Assembly (NCBI GenBank): GCA_963662335.2
Contig: CAXXVD010000003.1
Location: forward strand, 32,001 to 96,000
Direction of reading: 5' to 3'
From: Chloroflexota bacterium
Lineage (GTDB): Bacteria; Chloroflexota; UBA11872; VXOZ01
DNA length: 64,000 nt
Shown here in pieces: positions 51,320-61,705 of this stretch (positions are counted from its first letter, which is position 1; each line of letters starts with the position of its first letter). Under the pieces are notes generated by a model, which saw nothing but the letters and a program-made list of their open reading frames with translations, ran no database searches and was not told where the DNA came from. The translations under genes were made by a program, and so were the position numbers.

Positions 51320-52726
51320 CTATTGAAGCACGGAGTTCGCCAGCGTTTCGTCCAAGACTTCCTGGGCCAGTTGGTCGCCTTCTTCCAGGGCCTCCTGGAT
51401 GGTTACTTCCTTCCTGAAGATAGTCCGCGCCATGTTCAAGTGGATGCCGATGAGGCCGATGCCGCCCGGCGCGCCGACTACGAAACCGGCGACCGCCATC
51501 GAATCCACGGCCTCCCGGCGCAACGGATCACCCTGGATGAAGTCCTCGCTGTTGGCGACGGACTTGCGCATGGGCAGGCGGCTCTTGCCCAACGCGTGGC
51601 GGAGGTCCTGCGGGGCCTCGAAGAGCCACTCGATGAACGTAAACGCCTGCTCCGGATTCTTGGAGCCGTTGGGAATGATGTTGTCGCCGCAGCCGCTGTA
51701 CGTCACGGTATTGCCGCCCGGCGGGATAGGCAGCGCGGCTGCGCTGTAGTCGAGTTTGTCGAAGCCCGCCTTGTAATTGGGCTGATGCGGCGTGTCATAG
51801 ATTGTATAGAGCATGCTGACGCCGCGGTCGGTGAAGGCTATCCGCGGATCGGTATCGCCCCGGAACTCATCCGCCGCCTCGAAGCCATCCTGCAAGTCGT
51901 AGATCCGGAGCATGTGCTCGAACGCGCGTACGGTTATCTCGTTGTCGAGCGTCGAGGTGCTGTCGTCCGCACTGATAATGGCGCCGCCCAACTGCCAGAC
52001 CGCTACCATCCAGCACGCGAAGATGCTGCCGGGGCCCCAGTGCGGGGTGTAGCCGAGCTGGGTGATCTTCTGGCCCTCTCTCTTTGTCATCCTGCCAATT
52101 GCGCTGTAGAGGTCGTCCCACGTGGCCGGCGGGTTCTCCGGGTCCAGGCCGGCCTCGATCATGTTTTCGTGGCCGATGAAGAGCGTGCGGGCGTCGGGCG
52201 TAAAGGGCATGCCAAACTGGCGCCCCTGCCACACCGCGTCATTCAAGATTTCTTCCCACATGTCGCCGGTGTCGATGATGGCGGAAGCCTTGACCATGTC
52301 GGTCATCTCGGACGCCAGGCCGCCGTGGGCAAGAGTCTTGATGGTGAAGCGCGGCGCAAACGACATGTCGGGCGCGGCGTCGGCCGCCACCGCCGCGGGC
52401 AGTTTCTCGAACGTCTCGCTCCACGGCGTGGGCATGGTGTTGATGAAGATGGCGTCCTGCATTGCGTTGAACTCGTCGCGCAGTTCCAGTCCCACGCCCT
52501 CGGTGAACGACGCCCAGAAGCCGTTGAGCGACCAGAAGTCAACCTGCACGGTCTCCGCCTGGGGCGCTTCGGCTTCTGCTTCCTTCTCTTCCATCTCCGG
52601 CGCTTCATCCGCAACCGGGGCCGCTACCTGCCCGCACGCCGCCAGCAGTCCCGCGCCGCCGACCATGCCGCCAACGCCCAGCAGCAGCCGCCGGGTCAAG
52701 CCTACGTTCTGTACACCAGCCATCAT
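51320..52726 (-). CDS. Tat-exported ABC sugar-binding lipoprotein
   Basis: TRRLLL, LAAC and GLDPENPPATWDD motifs. Confidence 0.87.
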   Translation of the reverse strand: MMAGVQNVGLTRRLLLGVGGMVGGAGLLAACGQVAAPVADEAPEMEEKEAEAEAPQAETVQVDFWSLNGFWASFTEGVGLELRDEFNAMQDAIFINTMPTPWSETFEKLPAAVAADAAPDMSFAPRFTIKTLAHGGLASEMTDMVKASAIIDTGDMWEEILNDAVWQGRQFGMPFTPDARTLFIGHENMIEAGLDPENPPATWDDLYSAIGRMTKREGQKITQLGYTPHWGPGSIFACWMVAVWQLGGAIISADDSTSTLDNEITVRAFEHMLRIYDLQDGFEAADEFRGDTDPRIAFTDRGVSMLYTIYDTPHQPNYKAGFDKLDYSAAALPIPPGGNTVTYSGCGDNIIPNGSKNPEQAFTFIEWLFEAPQDLRHALGKSRLPMRKSVANSEDFIQGDPLRREAVDSMAVAGFVVGAPGGIGLIGIHLNMARTIFRKEVTIQEALEEGDQLAQEVLDETLANSVLQ

Positions 52727-53112
52727 TGCTCTCCTCTAGGTACTTCCCTCTCTACGCATCACTCCCACCGGACGCCCGTGGCCGGGCTGCGCTGCCGCGC
52801 CCGCCACTCGGCTCTCCGGGGGAACCGCTACCAAGAATTGCCAACGAACGCTCCGCCTCCTTTCCCGCTTCACTATCTTGCCCTGCATCATATCAATTGA
52901 CTGGAAGCGCGACAAACGTGAATCGCGGCAAGAAATCCCGCAAGCACTGGCAGAAGCATGTGTTGGGTGACTTCGTCGAAGACGGCGCAATCCGCCTCAG
53001 CGGTTGCTGCGACAGCATTGGGGTTTGATCCCCGCCTCCCCGTGTCGGGCACGGGGCTGGCTTGGCGGAAAACGGCGGACAGTAGTCCGAACACGCTATC
53101 CCTGGCAAGGGC

Positions 53113-54918
53113 TTAGCGGACGGCACTCTCCACGTACGCCAGCGATTGATGCCGGAAATACGTATCGTAGAGCGCGGCGTAGTGGCCGCCGGCGGCCAGC
53201 AGCGTGGCGTGAGTGCCTTCTTCCAGGATGCGGCCGTTGTCCAGCACCAGGATGCGGTCGGCGTGCTGCACCGTGTAGAGGCGGTGGGCGATGACGATCG
53301 AGGTGCGGTCGCGCATGATCGCCGCCACGCCGTCCTGAATCTGCACCTCGGTAAAGGGGTCAACGCTCGCGGTGGCTTCGTCCAGGATGAAGACCGCCGG
53401 GTCGTGCAGCATCACCCGCGCCAGGGCCACCAGTTGGCGCTGCCCCATGGAGAGGCGCCCGCCGCGCTCGCCCACGTCGGAATCCAGGCCTTTGGGCAGG
53501 TCGGCCAGCCAGTTGCCGCCGGCGATGTGCTCCGCCGCGCGCAACGTGTCCGCCGCGGTGGCGTCCGGCTTGCCGTAGCGGATGTTTTCGCCCACCGTGC
53601 CGCTAAAGAGGAACGGCGACTGGGGCACGATGCCGATCTGGCGGCGGTAGGCTGCCAGATTGAACGCGCGGATGTCCCGCCCGTCAACCAGCAGTTGACC
53701 TCCCTGAAACTCGTAGAAACGGGCCACCAGCCGCACGATGCTCGTCTTGCCGGAGCCGGTGTGCCCCACCAGGGCGAGGGACTCGCCCGGCGCGATCTCC
53801 AGGTTGAAGTCCGGCAGCACGATCTCGCTCGGATTGTAGCTGAAGCGCAGGTTTCGGAACGCGAAGCCGCCGCGCACGTCGTCGGCGGGCACGTCACCGG
53901 TCTGCACCACGCGCGGCTCGGCGTCGATCAGGCCGAACACCCGCTCGCTGGCGGAGAGGCCGTTCTGGAACTGGCTCCAAAACGAGGCGATCTGCGTCAG
54001 CGGGAACCAGAAGAACATGAGCGCCTGGATGAAGAGGTACCAATCGCCCACGCTCATAGACCCGGAGGCCATGTTCAAGCCGCCAAAGTAGACGATGACG
54101 GCGGTGCCCAGGCCGGCGGTGGCGTTGAAGACCGGGAAGAAGGTGTTGAGTACGATGCCCTGCCGGAAGTTCACCCGGTACGCCTGCTGGTTGATGCGCG
54201 TGAAGTCGTCGTGCACCGCCTTCTCCTGGCGGAAGACCTTGGCTACCGCGATGCCGCTGATCGACTCCTCGATGTGGGCGTTCACCTGCGCCATGATGCG
54301 CCGCGAGTGCAGCGAGGTCTCCCGCGCGATGCGCCGGAACACCAGCGAAATCGAGACCACCAAAGGGGCCATTGCCAGCGTGATCAACCCCAATTGCAGG
54401 TTGATGACCAGCAGGACGCACCCCATCAGCAGCACCAGCATCACCTGGCTGATGAGGTTCATGGACAAAGAAACCGTCTCCGCGAAGCCGTCGGTGTCCG
54501 AGGAGACGCGGCTGACCAGTTTGCCGGTGGGTTGGTCGTCGAAGAAGGAGAGGTCGTGGCCCATGGTGGCGTTGAAGGCGTCCTCGCGGATTTGCAGCGT
54601 CACGTTGCCGATGGCCACCGCGCCCAGCCACTGGCGCAGGAAGTTGAGGCACCAGGAAACGCCGCTCAGGAGCAAAATGGCAATGACGAGCACAACCATG
54701 ACCTGCGCGGCGGGGTCGGCAACCACCCGGTCGATGCCGCGCGAAATGAGAATCGGCACCGCCGTATCGGTGAGCGCGCCGGTGAAGATCGCGCCGGCCA
54801 CCACCAGCATGGGGCGCAGTTGCGGCCGGAAATAGGTCAGGATGCGCCGCAGCAGCGTCCGGTCGCCGTACTCCCGGTCGTACGCGTCGGCGTCCAGGCC
54901 GTCCATTACGAAGCCCAT
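53113..54918 (-). CDS. ABC exporter, fused TMD-NBD
   Basis: GHTGSGKT, LSMGQRQ and LDEATAS motifs. Confidence 0.93.
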   Translation of the reverse strand: MGFVMDGLDADAYDREYGDRTLLRRILTYFRPQLRPMLVVAGAIFTGALTDTAVPILISRGIDRVVADPAAQVMVVLVIAILLLSGVSWCLNFLRQWLGAVAIGNVTLQIREDAFNATMGHDLSFFDDQPTGKLVSRVSSDTDGFAETVSLSMNLISQVMLVLLMGCVLLVINLQLGLITLAMAPLVVSISLVFRRIARETSLHSRRIMAQVNAHIEESISGIAVAKVFRQEKAVHDDFTRINQQAYRVNFRQGIVLNTFFPVFNATAGLGTAVIVYFGGLNMASGSMSVGDWYLFIQALMFFWFPLTQIASFWSQFQNGLSASERVFGLIDAEPRVVQTGDVPADDVRGGFAFRNLRFSYNPSEIVLPDFNLEIAPGESLALVGHTGSGKTSIVRLVARFYEFQGGQLLVDGRDIRAFNLAAYRRQIGIVPQSPFLFSGTVGENIRYGKPDATAADTLRAAEHIAGGNWLADLPKGLDSDVGERGGRLSMGQRQLVALARVMLHDPAVFILDEATASVDPFTEVQIQDGVAAIMRDRTSIVIAHRLYTVQHADRILVLDNGRILEEGTHATLLAAGGHYAALYDTYFRHQSLAYVESAVR

Positions 54919-54966
54919 CGGCGTATCCTCATTGGCGGCGCTGCCGCTCTGCGTTCATCAATCCCC

Positions 54967-55187
54967 GTAGCGCGGGGGCTTGTCCCCCGCTCCGCTGTCC
55001 GTCATTCCCGCGAACGCGGGAATCCATCCGCTCTTGACTGGGCGCGCGCGAAGATGGATTCCCGCGTTCGCGGGAATGACGGACTTTGCCGCGCTCCCAC
55101 GTATCGACGACGGGCTCTGCCGCGCTCCACATTTCAATTGGCGGACTCCCCCGCGCTCCATGTGCCGGTGACGGACTCTGCCGCTAC
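54967..55187. repeat. REP cluster plus ~31-bp degenerate tandem repeat
   Basis: GTAG REP, CGTC doublet, then GACGGACTCTGCCGCGCTCCA-like unit four times. Confidence 0.7.
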
Positions 55188-55200
55188 CGCTTTGGTCTGG

Positions 55201-57002
55201 CTACTTACTCGCCAGCGCCGTGGGCGTCGCCGCCGCGTACTCTTCGTCCCGGTGGGCAAAGATGTTCCGGTACGCCGCGCTGCGCGCCATCAATTCCTCG
55301 TGGGTGCCCTGGTCTGCCAACGCGCCGCCGCGCATGACCAGGATGCGGTCGGCCCAGCGGATTTGCGAGAGCCGGTGCGTAATCAAGAATGTCGTCCGGC
55401 CGTGCAGGATGTTGCGCAGCGCGCGTTGAATTTGGTCCTCGGTGGCGCTGTCGATTGCGCTGGTCGAGTCGTCCAGCACCAGGATGCGCGGGTCGGCCAG
55501 GAACGCGCGGGCGATGGCGATGCGTTGGCGCTGCCCGCCGGAGAGCGTCACGCCGCGTTCGCCCACCACGGTGTCATAGCCGTCCGCAAAGCTCATGATG
55601 AAGTCGTGGGCCTGGGCCTGCTTTGCCACCGCCTCGATCTCCGCGCGGCTGACCGGACGGCGCACGCCAAAGGCGATGTTTTCCGCCAACGTGCGCGAAA
55701 AGAGAAAGACGTCCTGGTCGATGGTGGCGATCTGGGAACGCAGCGATTCCATGGACCACACGCGCACGTCCACGCCGTCGATCAGCACGCGCCCGGCGGA
55801 GACCTCGTAGATGCGGTTGATGAGACGGGTGAGGGTGGACTTGCCGGAGCCGGTCTGGCCGACGATCGCGATCGTCTCGCCCGGTCTGGCCTTGAAGCTG
55901 ACGCCTTTGAGCGTATTCGCGCCCGCATAGCCAAACGAGACGTTGTCGAACTCCACCTCACCCGCGATGCGCCGCTCGATGCCGGCGCGGTTTTCGTCGA
56001 TTTCCGTCTCGCGTTCAGGATGGCCAGGATGCGCTCCGCGCCCGCCGTGCCCAGCTTGACCAGCGAGAAGGCGAAGATGGAAACGAACGTGGGGAAGCGC
56101 AGCATTGCCAGGTACGCCATGAAGGCAATCACGCCGCCGAGCGTGATAATGCCGTTCGTCATGAGATAGAGCGCGTGGGCCAGGCCGAGCGCCAGCGTGA
56201 ACGAGAACATGAGCAGCGGCAGGTAGGCCGCCTGTATCCGGCCCTGTTGCACGAACAAGTCGCGGTAGTCCGCCGCCTGGTGGCGGAAGCGGGCGTGTTC
56301 CTGCTCCTCCTGGGCGTTGGACTTGACGACCTCGATGCCGGCAATCGCCTCTGTGAGGGTGGCGTTCAGCGTGCCAAACTGGGCGCGCAGCGCGCCGGCC
56401 ACCGGGCCGAGACGGTTCAAGTAGCCGCGCAAGGCGACCAGGAAGAGCAGCAGGAAGAGCACCGGTATCGGCAGCAGTGCCACGTCCAGGAAGATGGCGA
56501 TGGCCGCAATGGGCGCCACCATGTTGATGAGCCACTCCGAGAGCAGCAGGAGGCCGGGATTGACCATGAGGTTGAGTTGGCGCACGTCGTTGGTGGCCCG
56601 CGCCATGATGTCCCCGACCCGCTGCTGGCCGTGATAGGTCTGGCTCTTGCCCAGCAGGTTGACGTAGAGTTCGTCGCGCACGTCGCGCTCCATGCGCAGC
56701 GCCACGATCTCGGCGGTGTAGTTGGCGAGCAGTTGCAGGCCGCCGCGCAGCACGCTGATGCCGACGATCGCCAGGGCAAAGCCCAGCAGCGCACGCGCTT
56801 CGGCACTCGCCAAGGCGACGGCGTCGACGGCGTCGCCCATCAACTTCGGCACCTGCACCGCCGCCACCACCACGCCGGCCCGAAAGAGCGTGCCGACCAC
56901 CACGTGCAACGGGTAGCGCATGGCGTGGCTGACCAGCCACCGCAGAACGGAGGAGCGGTCGTATTCGTGCTCGGTTTCGGGCGTAAACTCGCGCTTGGCC
57001 AC
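55201..57002 (-). pseudogene. ABC exporter TMD-NBD with a single frameshift near 56011
   Basis: TMD in ORF 55782-57002; NBD ([21 protein letters not shown]) in ORF 55201-57024. Confidence 0.8.
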
Positions 57003-57075
57003 CTGCGTCTCCGGGGGTCGTCAACCGTAGGCCGTCACTTCACTATAACACCCCGCAAGCGGTTTAAAATCCAGG

Positions 57076-57130
57076 ATCAGTCGATCCGAGATTAGTCGAT
57101 CCGAAACTAGCCGATCCGGAATTGGTCGAT
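57076..57130. repeat. 15-bp tandem repeat, about 3.7 copies
   Basis: ATCAGTCGATCCGAG ATTAGTCGATCCGAA ACTAGCCGATCCGGA ATTGGTCGAT. Confidence 0.75.
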
Positions 57131-57503
57131 GCTGGCTTCTTCTCTGCATCGGGTTCGGCTTCACGTCATTCCGAGCGCAGCGAGGAATCCAGGGATACCC
57201 GCTCACGAGATTCTTCGTCGCGGAGTTTATCCTGAGCCTGCCGAAGGGCTCCTCAGAATGACAGACCAAGGACCCGGGTCGCGCATGGGTTTGCGATATG
57301 CACCCGTCTGTCGGCACAGCCTAAGCCTAGACCGGCGAAATCCCGGTAAAATTCCCTTTGCTACCGGAATACGCTCCGCTGCGCGCGGAATAGCAGCGTC
57401 TCTTGGCAGATTGGAACGCGCAGGCACTTGTTCAATTGCACGGATACTAGGTACATTAGAGTGTAGAGCCGTTAGACTTGGAAAAACGAGAGTGGAGCGT
57501 GTT

Positions 57504-58097
57504 GTGAAGAGTACGGCTGCGCAACGCCATTGGCGGCAGGTTTGCCGGGTAGTTCTGGGCGTACTGGGGTGCGCGCTCTTGCTGGGCGGGTGCATCTCGC
57601 AGCCGCAAGGCGTAGTCATCGACACCAAGCCGACGCCGACGCCGCCGCCGGTCCTGGGCGACCCCAACAATCCCAAGATCATCACCGTGACGGTTGCGGA
57701 CAATACCGTCCCGCCCGTAGGGGTCGGCATTCTCTGGATCAACCGGAGCGTGGGCTGGGCGCCGTACGAGAGTCCGGGAGACGGACGCTTGCCGTACGAT
57801 GAGTATAGCGTGCAAGTCTTCGTGAACGACGAGCGCATTGGCGTGATGTGGCCTGACGAGACCGGCGGGCTCGGCCCGCGTCCGCTTGCCATACCGCAGA
57901 ACGTGTGGGGGTTCGAACGGGGCCGCCACATTCTCAAGTTCGTGCAGCAAGGGCCGGAAGTCTGGCGGGAGTCCGCGCCGGTCGTCATCGTGGTGACGGA
58001 CGACTTCAAGCCCACGCCCACCGTCCCGCCCAGTCCCACGCCGTTGCCGTTGCCGACGCCGTCCCCGATACCGACGCCGTCGCCCAGGCCCGGGTAG
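57504..58097 (+). CDS. hypothetical lipoprotein with Pro/Thr-rich ends
   Basis: Lipobox LGGC; beta-rich core. Confidence 0.7.
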   Translation: MKSTAAQRHWRQVCRVVLGVLGCALLLGGCISQPQGVVIDTKPTPTPPPVLGDPNNPKIITVTVADNTVPPVGVGILWINRSVGWAPYESPGDGRLPYDEYSVQVFVNDERIGVMWPDETGGLGPRPLAIPQNVWGFERGRHILKFVQQGPEVWRESAPVVIVVTDDFKPTPTVPPSPTPLPLPTPSPIPTPSPRPG

Positions 58098-58100
58098 CGT

Positions 58101-59372
58101 ATGGCGGGTTCTCCTGAGGGCGGCTTGGGCGTCGTGCTGCTCGCCGCGGGTGAGTCACAGCGCATGACGGCGCTGCCGGAGACGGCGGGTTCGTCACGGG
58201 CGGCCCCGCCGAAAGCGCTGCTGCCGTGGCTGGGCCGTCCGTTGCTCCGGTATCAGCTCGAGCAAATCAGCGCGGTTGCCGGGCGCGTGGTCGTTGTCAC
58301 CGGCTTCCACGCCGCGCGCCTCGCGCCGTTGCTTGAACCGTTCGCGGGTGTGCGCGTGGTGGAAAACCCCGACCCCGCCCGCGGCCGGTCCTCTTCGATC
58401 GTGCACGGCGTGCGGGCGCTGCCGGAGTCGCTCGCGGCGGTGGCGATCGTCAACGTGGATCAGCCCTGCGCCGCCGCGATTCTTACGCAACTGGCCGCGG
58501 CGCGCGACGCGGCAGGCCACCTGCTGACGCTGCCCCGCTACCAGGGCAAGCGCGGCCACCCGCCGCTCTTCGCGCATAGCCTGCGGGGCGAATTGCTGCG
58601 CGTGCGCGAGGAGAGCCAGGGCTTGAAGGCGGTCACCCGCGCCCACCGCGCCGCCACGGGATACGTGGACGTGGACGATCCCGGCGTGGTGTGGAACCTC
58701 AATTCACCGGCCGACTACGCGCGGGCGCACCGGCGGCAGATTCTCCTGGCTACCACCAACCCGGCCAAGTCGGCGCATCTCGACTGGCTGCTGGCGGGCG
58801 TGCCGCTGCGGCGCGTGACGCTGGCGGAGGCCGGCTTGCGCCTGCAAACGCCGCCGCCGGAGACTGAGCGCACGTTGGCAGCAATCGCCCGGAGCAAGGC
58901 GGTGGCGTGGTCCCGGGCCTTTGGCGGCCTGGCGCTCGCCTCGGACGGCGGCGTTGCGATTCCGGCGTTAGGCGACTCCTGGGAGGAGCGTCTCACGGCG
59001 CGCTTTACGGGCCCTGACGCTACCGACCGGCAGCGGGTGGAGGCGCTGCTGGCGCTGCTCCGGCCCTACCGCGGCGCGGAACGCAGCGTCGTCTTCCACG
59101 AGTGCGTGGCGCTGGCCGACAACGGTACCCTCCTGCAAACGTGGGCCGCGGCGAGCGCGCCGGGCCTGCTCGCCGAGTCGTATCAACCGGAGCAGCTTGT
59201 GCCCGGCTTCTGGCTGCTCACGTTGTGGCGCGATCCTGTTTCCGGCAAGCGCTTTGGCGCTCCCGCGTTTGACGACCCTGCCTATGCGGACGGCGCGTGG
59301 GCGCGCATCAAGCCCGGGGTGCAGGCATACGTGCGGGAGTATTGCGAGCGCCGCCTCAGCCCGGCAACGTGA
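58101..59372 (+). CDS. fusion of a MocA/MobA-like nucleotidyltransferase and a Ham1/ITPase-like domain
   Basis: LAAGESQRM, DQP, GHP, NLNSP; then LATTNPAK, ET...KA and SDGG. Confidence 0.8.
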   Translation: MAGSPEGGLGVVLLAAGESQRMTALPETAGSSRAAPPKALLPWLGRPLLRYQLEQISAVAGRVVVVTGFHAARLAPLLEPFAGVRVVENPDPARGRSSSIVHGVRALPESLAAVAIVNVDQPCAAAILTQLAAARDAAGHLLTLPRYQGKRGHPPLFAHSLRGELLRVREESQGLKAVTRAHRAATGYVDVDDPGVVWNLNSPADYARAHRRQILLATTNPAKSAHLDWLLAGVPLRRVTLAEAGLRLQTPPPETERTLAAIARSKAVAWSRAFGGLALASDGGVAIPALGDSWEERLTARFTGPDATDRQRVEALLALLRPYRGAERSVVFHECVALADNGTLLQTWAAASAPGLLAESYQPEQLVPGFWLLTLWRDPVSGKRFGAPAFDDPAYADGAWARIKPGVQAYVREYCERRLSPAT

Positions 59373-60369
59373 GGATTGCCGCAGACCGCTTCCGCTCGTC
59401 CCCGGCAATCGCCACCAGTCCGTCACGCTCCAGGTCCCGCGCCAGTTGCCACAGCCACGCGGCCGGCGGCCTGGCGGCGGCTTGGCCGCGGACGCGGCGC
59501 GCCACCACCGCAAAGGGGAGACCGCTGCCCGGCGGACATTCGCGCAGCGCGGCCACGATGCGCCCCCGATAGTAGCGCCGGGAGCCGCTGAACGTCCCCT
59601 GGCCTTTGGGACGCAGCGACGGCAGATCCTGGATTTCCGCTTCCCGCCGCGCCTGGCACCACGCGAACAGCGGGCAACGCGGGCAGTCCGGCCGGCGGGA
59701 GACGCAGACCGCCGAGCCGAGGTCCATGAGCGCCTGATTCCACTGCGCTGAGCGCGCGGCGGGCGCCAGGCCGTCGGCCAGCGTCTGAAACTGGCGCTCC
59801 GTGGGCCCACCGTTGCCGCAGAGCGCGGCGAGGTCCTGCTGGAAGAGACGCCCGACTACCCGCCGCACGTTGGTATCCACCACCGCCACCGGCGCGTTCC
59901 CCACGAAACTCAGCAGCGCCCGCGCCGTATACGGGCCGATGCCGGGGAGGTCGAGCAGCGCCTCCAGACGCATCGGAAACGTGCCGCCGTGCTCCCGCAC
60001 GATTGCCTGCGCCGCCTGGTGCAGGTGCACGGCGCGGCGGTTATACCCCAGCCCGGCCCAGAGACGGATGACCTCCGCCCGCGGCGCGGCCGCCAACTTG
60101 TGGATGGTGGGGTAGCGGGCGATGAAGGCCTGGTACTTGGGGATAACGCGCTCGACCTGGGTCTGCTGCAGCATCACCTCGGCCAGGAAGATGCGGTACG
60201 GCGAAACGCGCGCCTTGCGCCACGGCAACGCGCGGCGGTGGGCGCGGTACCAGCGCAGCAACGCCGCTTGGAGGTCCGCCGTAAGTTCCGGCCGCGCGCG
60301 CAGCGCGCCGTCGGGCGCGAGCGCGCAATACTCGCCGTCTTGCGCTTGGCGCGGGGGTTGTTCTTGCAT
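59356..60369 (-). CDS. mutY: A/G-specific adenine glycosylase (short form)
   Basis: EVMLQQTQV, WAGLGYNRRA, LPGIGPYTA, VDTNVRRV and Fe-S Cys motif. Confidence 0.93.
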   Translation of the reverse strand: MQEQPPRQAQDGEYCALAPDGALRARPELTADLQAALLRWYRAHRRALPWRKARVSPYRIFLAEVMLQQTQVERVIPKYQAFIARYPTIHKLAAAPRAEVIRLWAGLGYNRRAVHLHQAAQAIVREHGGTFPMRLEALLDLPGIGPYTARALLSFVGNAPVAVVDTNVRRVVGRLFQQDLAALCGNGGPTERQFQTLADGLAPAARSAQWNQALMDLGSAVCVSRRPDCPRCPLFAWCQARREAEIQDLPSLRPKGQGTFSGSRRYYRGRIVAALRECPPGSGLPFAVVARRVRGQAAARPPAAWLWQLARDLERDGLVAIAGDERKRSAAILTLPG

Positions 60370-60461
60370 GCGCTCGGTGAATTGTACTTCAGAGAAGGTG
60401 CAGAGTGATTGCGCAGGCGCGCCGCAGCCTGAACGGCGCACGCGGCACGCGCGCGGAACGA

Positions 60462-60732
60462 GTAGCGCGGGGGCTTGTCCCCCAAAGGTGTCGCACTAAC
60501 GTAGCGCGGGGGCTTGTCCCCCAAAGGTGTCGCACTAACGTAGCGCGGGGGCTTGTCCCCCGCCGGTGTGCAAGGCACGGAGGGCGATCGCCGCAAGTTT
60601 CCCCTCCGGCAGACGACGCCCACCTCTTGACCCTACTATGACGCAGGTTGCAAACCTGCGCTACCAGGGAAATCAGGCACGGTGTCGTTCCTCATTATGT
60701 TTAATGCGACGGCATTAGGGCTTGTCCCCCGC
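60462..60732. mobile_element. complete MITE C inserted in a GTAG REP, with left end duplicated in tandem (39-bp period)
   Basis: TIRs CAAAGGTGTCGCACTAA (60522-60538) and TTAATGCGACGGCATTA (60701-60717); GGGCTTGTCCCC on both sides. Confidence 0.7.
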
Positions 60733-60808
60733 TTCTCCGTATCCGGCAACGGAGCGGGCGCGGCGCGCGACGTAAGCGCTATCGCAGGCAAGCCCCATAG
60801 GTACGAGT

Positions 60809-61705
60809 ATGCCACAGGCGCACTACGAAGAAGTGCAGTGCAAGACGGCCCTCACCCGCGTGCGGAACATGGCGTTTGGCTGGAGCCTGAACCCCTACCG
60901 CGGCTGCACCCACGGCTGTCACTACTGCTTTGCCCGCAGCACCCACTTCTACTACGACCTGAATGCCGACGAAGAGTTTTCCTCGATCATCTTCGTCAAA
61001 GTGAACGTCGCCGACGTGCTGCGCCTGGAACTCTCGTCGCCGCGCTGGCGGCGCGAGCGCGTGGTGCTCGGCACCGCCACCGACCCGTATCAACCGATCG
61101 AGGGCAAGTACAAGCTGAGCCGCGCCGTCCTGGAAGCCTGCCTCGACTTTCGCACGCCGGTATCCATCATCACCAAGTCCTCCCTTAGCGTGCGCGACGC
61201 GGACCTCCTGGCGGAACTCGCGCGGCGCCTCGGTTGCACGGTGAACTTCAGCCTGACCACGCTCGACCGGTCGCTGTGGCGGCGCTTGGAACCCGGCACC
61301 GCGCCGCCGGGCCAGCGGCTGCGCGCTATGCAACGCCTCGTCGCTGCCGGTGTACACGCGGGCGTGCTCCTCGCTCCCATCATACCGGGCATAACGGCAA
61401 CGAAAGAGAACCTGGAAGCGGTGGCGCGCGCCGCCGCCGCGCACGACGCCTGCTTCCTGGGCGCGAACGTGCTCAATTTGGGCATCGGCGTCAAGGAGCA
61501 CTTCCTCGAGTACCTGCGGGGTGAGTATCCCTGGCTGCTCGGGGCCTACCGCCGGCTCTACCCCGGCCGCTACGCGCCGGAGGCGTATACCGAGCCGATA
61601 TACGACTACGTCAAGCTGTTGCAGCGCCGCTACGACCTCACGCGGCGTGAGACCAGCCACGCTCCACAACCCGAACCGCGCCAGCTTTCGCTTGATCTCT
61701 TGTAA
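60809..61705 (+). CDS. radical SAM protein, SplB/Rv2578c-like
   Basis: NPYRGCTHGCHYCFAR, TDPYQPIE, TKS and LEPG motifs. Confidence 0.92.
   Translation: MPQAHYEEVQCKTALTRVRNMAFGWSLNPYRGCTHGCHYCFARSTHFYYDLNADEEFSSIIFVKVNVADVLRLELSSPRWRRERVVLGTATDPYQPIEGKYKLSRAVLEACLDFRTPVSIITKSSLSVRDADLLAELARRLGCTVNFSLTTLDRSLWRRLEPGTAPPGQRLRAMQRLVAAGVHAGVLLAPIIPGITATKENLEAVARAAAAHDACFLGANVLNLGIGVKEHFLEYLRGEYPWLLGAYRRLYPGRYAPEAYTEPIYDYVKLLQRRYDLTRRETSHAPQPEPRQLSLDLL

Noticed and set aside
53146-56169. 1007-aa plus-strand ORF, and similar long ORFs at 46261-48339, 18314-19834 and 8564-10342
   Set aside because: Antisense shadows of well-supported genes in high-GC DNA
60462-60563. CRISPR mini-array
   Set aside because: Identical 15-nt spacers that correspond to a MITE left end
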